64,000 nt of DNA from Octopus vulgaris. Taxonomy: Eukaryota. Numbering within the stretch: the stretch's first letter is position 1; every line of letters starts with the position of its first letter. The stretch is from positions 45,756,001-45,820,000 of the forward strand of contig OX597834.1 of NCBI GenBank assembly GCA_951406725.2. The letters are read 5' to 3'. The position numbers were made by a program, and so were the translations under genes. The notes below the pieces were generated by a model, which was not told where the DNA came from, ran no database searches, and was given only the letters and a program-made list of their open reading frames with translations. This document shows positions 60,515 to 64,000 of this stretch, piece after piece.

Positions 60515-60846
60515 TGCATGGCCTGCGAGATTCCCAGACTTCACCGTGTGTGATTAAAAAAAATTTTTTTTTTGGCTGGGATATGCGAAATATCATGTTT
60601 ATGCTCCACTGCTACTCACCAACTTCGATGACCTTAAGCATCGAATAACAACTGCGATCAACTCGGTGAATCTTGATATGCTTATACGCACCTGTTGCAG
60701 GTGGTGGCCACATTCAACACTTCCAAGACAGGAAATAAAAGTTGATAATGAGTAAATACTTATGACTTAGCTGGAGTTTTCTATTGATTTTCTTATTAAA
60801 ATATTGCGTAATGAAATCGGTTCCTTCTTTTTGAATTACCCTGTAT
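60515..60846 (+). mobile_element. Tc1/mariner-superfamily transposase C-terminal remnant with TIR
   Basis: AWPARFPDFTVCD*..GYAKYHVYAP...DDLKHRITTAINSVNLDML (cf. WPPRSPDLTPCDFFLWGY.K); terminus TTGAATTACCCTG|TA. Confidence 0.75.
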
Positions 60847-61547
60847 ATCTACATATAAATACGTACATACAAATGGAGGATTATATATAAAATGGAATAC
60901 ACTAATACAATCATCAAAGTCATCATTGCAGCTCCACCAACACATGCAAATAGATACAACACACACGCACAGAGACACTAAAAGAGTGTACCTTCATTCA
61001 CACGGCATTATGGCGTATCTGATCCGTTAGCTGACATCTGTTGGTTAAAAATATTTTCACTATCTTTAAGACAACCGGAGCACTCGATTTAATTATCTTG
61101 TTTTAAAGGGAAAAATTCAGCAAGTACATTTAATGTATTAAGTATCACTTCATCATTATCGACTTGTAAAGTGGAAAAGATCGATTGATAGGAAGAATAC
61201 ATGTTGTAGAGGAGATGGAAATGTTATTTGAGGTCAGATTTAACTGAAATCTCTCAGGCAATTTCAACGAGTGTACGGAGTAAATATAGCAACTCTATAT
61301 GTAGTATTTGATAATTATAAGATATGTATTTACATGTGTATATACATACAGGTATGTATATATATATATATATATATATACAGACACACATGAACTCATA
61401 CATACAGACACACACACACACTATTCTGTATCTAAATATGCTGCTACAATAGAAACGAGAATCAGTAATGTCGTTTGTAATCATCACTTTTCTGCATTCT
61501 ACATATGCATATATTTACATACACACAGGCACACACTCACACACACG

Positions 61548-61604
<57 letters not shown>

Positions 61605-61639
61605 ATATATATTATTGCTTTACCGTATGATACATAAAG

Positions 61640-62045
61640 TAACGAATCTTTGGCACGCAGATTGAAGCTGCTTGGCAGAGATTGTTCGTGACCTCTGCTG
61701 CGCATGTGCATTAAGTTTTATTAACGTCCTAAGACACTTCCGCTGTTTACAGCAGTCCGAAATAACGAGTAGAATGTGTGATCGTCGGTTTGACCATGAC
61801 AGAGAAACTTGTCATGGCGATGCCTGCTCAACGGTCTACACAATGTTGCTGAACATGTATGGAGAGGTGTATGAGCCTCACGCAAATGTACCAGTGCTTC
61901 ACACGTCTCTAAGATGGCCTAAAAAATATCGATGGTGATAAAAGCTCCGGGAGACCTGTAACCAACAGAACTGAGAAAGAATATCACAGATGTACGCGCA
62001 GCTGTGAGAGGAAATCGTCGGATCACCATCCGTCAGTTATCAGAT
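61640..62045 (+). pseudogene. Mariner transposase 5' remnant (HTH region)
   Basis: YTMLLNMYGE..MSLTQMYQCF...DGDKSSGRPVTNRTE.NITDVRAAVRGNRRITIRQLS, frameshifted. Confidence 0.75.
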
Positions 62046-62251
62046 TAGTTACGGTTCAATTGCAAACTAAACCATTGGACCTTACAGCTGTAGCAACAAA
62101 TCTTTGCTCCGTACTCTTATTAAATGTCTTTAAGAAGTTATATTACATAACACACACTAACCCCTTTCTCTCACTCGCTTTATACATATGCAAGCACAAA
62201 CGCATACAGGCAAGAATATATATACATATATATATATACACACACACACAC

Positions 62252-62286
<35 letters not shown>

Positions 62287-62695
62287 AAAACTACAAACTG
62301 GGACAGGTACGCAAAACATTTAGAAGACGATACAAAAAACACGGACGGGACATTCGAAGCCTTCAATCTTCAGTCAAGAACCGGATCATCTTCGCAATTG
62401 CGGCTGATTAATATATATATATAGATACATATACACACACATATATATATATTTGTATATATATATATACGTATCATATTAAATTAGAGATAAAACCACT
62501 ATTAGGCAATTGGAATTAATTTTAAATCTAATTTTTCCCTATAAGTTTGGATTTACTCCCTAATATTATTATTATATATATACATATATATATTTATACA
62601 TATATATACGTATATATTATATATATATAAGTGTATATATATATATATATATCATATATATATATATATTATATATATATATTATAAATATATAA

Positions 62696-62760
<65 letters not shown>

Positions 62761-62767
62761 CATATGC

Positions 62768-62837
<70 letters not shown>

Positions 62838-63465
62838 GTGGCTTCGGATGGAAAGTGTGTGGAGTGGGTGCAAGTGAGAGATGGGCAGTGGGACAGAAAG
62901 AAAGCAAGACCGGGTCTTTGCTAAGTGGAGCCAGATGCGGTTGGGGAATGTCTTAGAGTCGAAGTCAATCACAACATCTGTTTGTATGGTTGCTGAACAC
63001 AACTCCTGCTATTGTTATGACCTTTCACAAATGTCAGATCTTCTTATCGATGCGCCGAGAAAGAAACAGCGCCACCACCACCACCACCACCACCGACAAC
63101 AACAACAACAACAACAGCAACAATGACAACGAAAGCGACTGCAATGGCAACAACAACAACTGCAACAAGTATACCAACGAGAATGACAGCAACTGCAGCA
63201 AAGGCGGGAGCAGCATCGCATAGGAGATGTATGGAATTTTTTTGCGCTCGTTCTGCTTGAGTTATTTCGATTGTGTTCAGTGATATTTATTTGCCAGATG
63301 CCGCCAGCAGAAACGCTTCTTTCCACCATATTTGACATTTTATGGAGACTGCCACTGACTTTGAAGTACAAACCATTGTTTCCCATCTCTCTCTCTCTCT
63401 CTCTCTCTACCTCTCTCTCTCACTGCCTCTCCCTCCGAACCCATATCCTTATTTCTCACTCCTTT

Positions 63466-63508
<43 letters not shown>

Positions 63509-63648
63509 TCTCTCTCTCACTTTATATGTGTACGTGTGTGCAGGTGTGCCTGTGTGTGTGTGTGTGTGTGAGTGTGTGAAGTGTGTGTATTCCGTTCGTT
63601 TTTCACGCTTCCCTTTTGTCAATGTTTCACTCTGTCAGTCCTTCTCAG

Positions 63649-63681
<33 letters not shown>

Positions 63682-63694
63682 TTCTATCTCCCTC

Positions 63695-63882
63695 TCTATC
63701 TCTCCTTTCCTCTCGGCATATTTCTCTGTCTCTATGTCGCCCTCTCTCTCTCTCCTTCTCTCTCTCTCACCTTTCCTCTCTGCTTATTTCTCTGTCTCTA
63801 TGTCCCCCTCTCTCTCTCTCTCCTTCTCTATCTCTCCTTCCCTCTCTGCATATTTCTCTGTCTCTGTGTCCCTCTCTTTCTC
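63695..63882. repeat. Three-copy 66-bp pyrimidine-rich minisatellite within (CT)n
   Basis: TATTTCTCTGTCTCT at 63719, 63785 and 63851. Confidence 0.85.
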
Positions 63883-64000
63883 ATAGGCCCACAGTTTTTG
63901 TCCTGCTCCTTCCTCACTTTCTCACGCCTACGAACCTACCTGCACGCACTCGTACGCATTCGCACTCACACAGCAGGAAGAATTGACACACATGCACGCG

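Noticed and set aside
62290-62412. Penelope-like repeat end with a hammerhead half
   Set aside because: Truncated by (TA)n; the CUGANGA half is missing and the GAAA position is not intact.
62881-63223. Poly-His/poly-Gln exon (RKKQRHHHHHHHRQQQQ)
   Set aside because: An in-frame stop follows the Gln run and no convincing splice sites were seen; (CAC)n/(CAA)n repeats explain it. A non-coding or UTR exon is not excluded.
63695-63882. CRISPR-like regularly spaced repeats
   Set aside because: Whole units are similar, low-complexity and have no unique spacers; a eukaryotic minisatellite with no cas genes nearby.

Overview
Very AT-rich eukaryotic DNA full of microsatellites ((TA)n, (CA)n, (GATA)n, (AAT)n, (AAG)n). 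The repeat families look like those of an octopus or other coleoid cephalopod (inference). I found no host protein-coding exon, RNA gene or CRISPR array, and nearly every ORF in the supplied track is a microsatellite translation artefact. The one convincing intact ORF (9733-10977, minus, 414 aa) encodes an L1/Tx1-type ORF1 protein with RRM-like regions and a CCHC knuckle. It lies in a complete-looking 2245-bp retroelement that has no ORF2. That element inserted into the tRNA-like head of a SINE with a 12-bp target-site duplication. The window also carries six minimal type-I hammerhead ribozyme motifs from four sequence families, set in Penelope-like direct/inverted terminal repeats; one pair is in tandem, 484 nt apart. 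Other content: three tRNA-derived SINE families, decayed R4/Dong-like RLE retrotransposons next to (TAA)n, a CR1/L2-group LINE 3' fragment, several Tc1/mariner remnants, a mariner-type MITE, a non-autonomous Helitron and a Helitron Pif1 helicase remnant. All family assignments come from motifs read by eye, with no database search.
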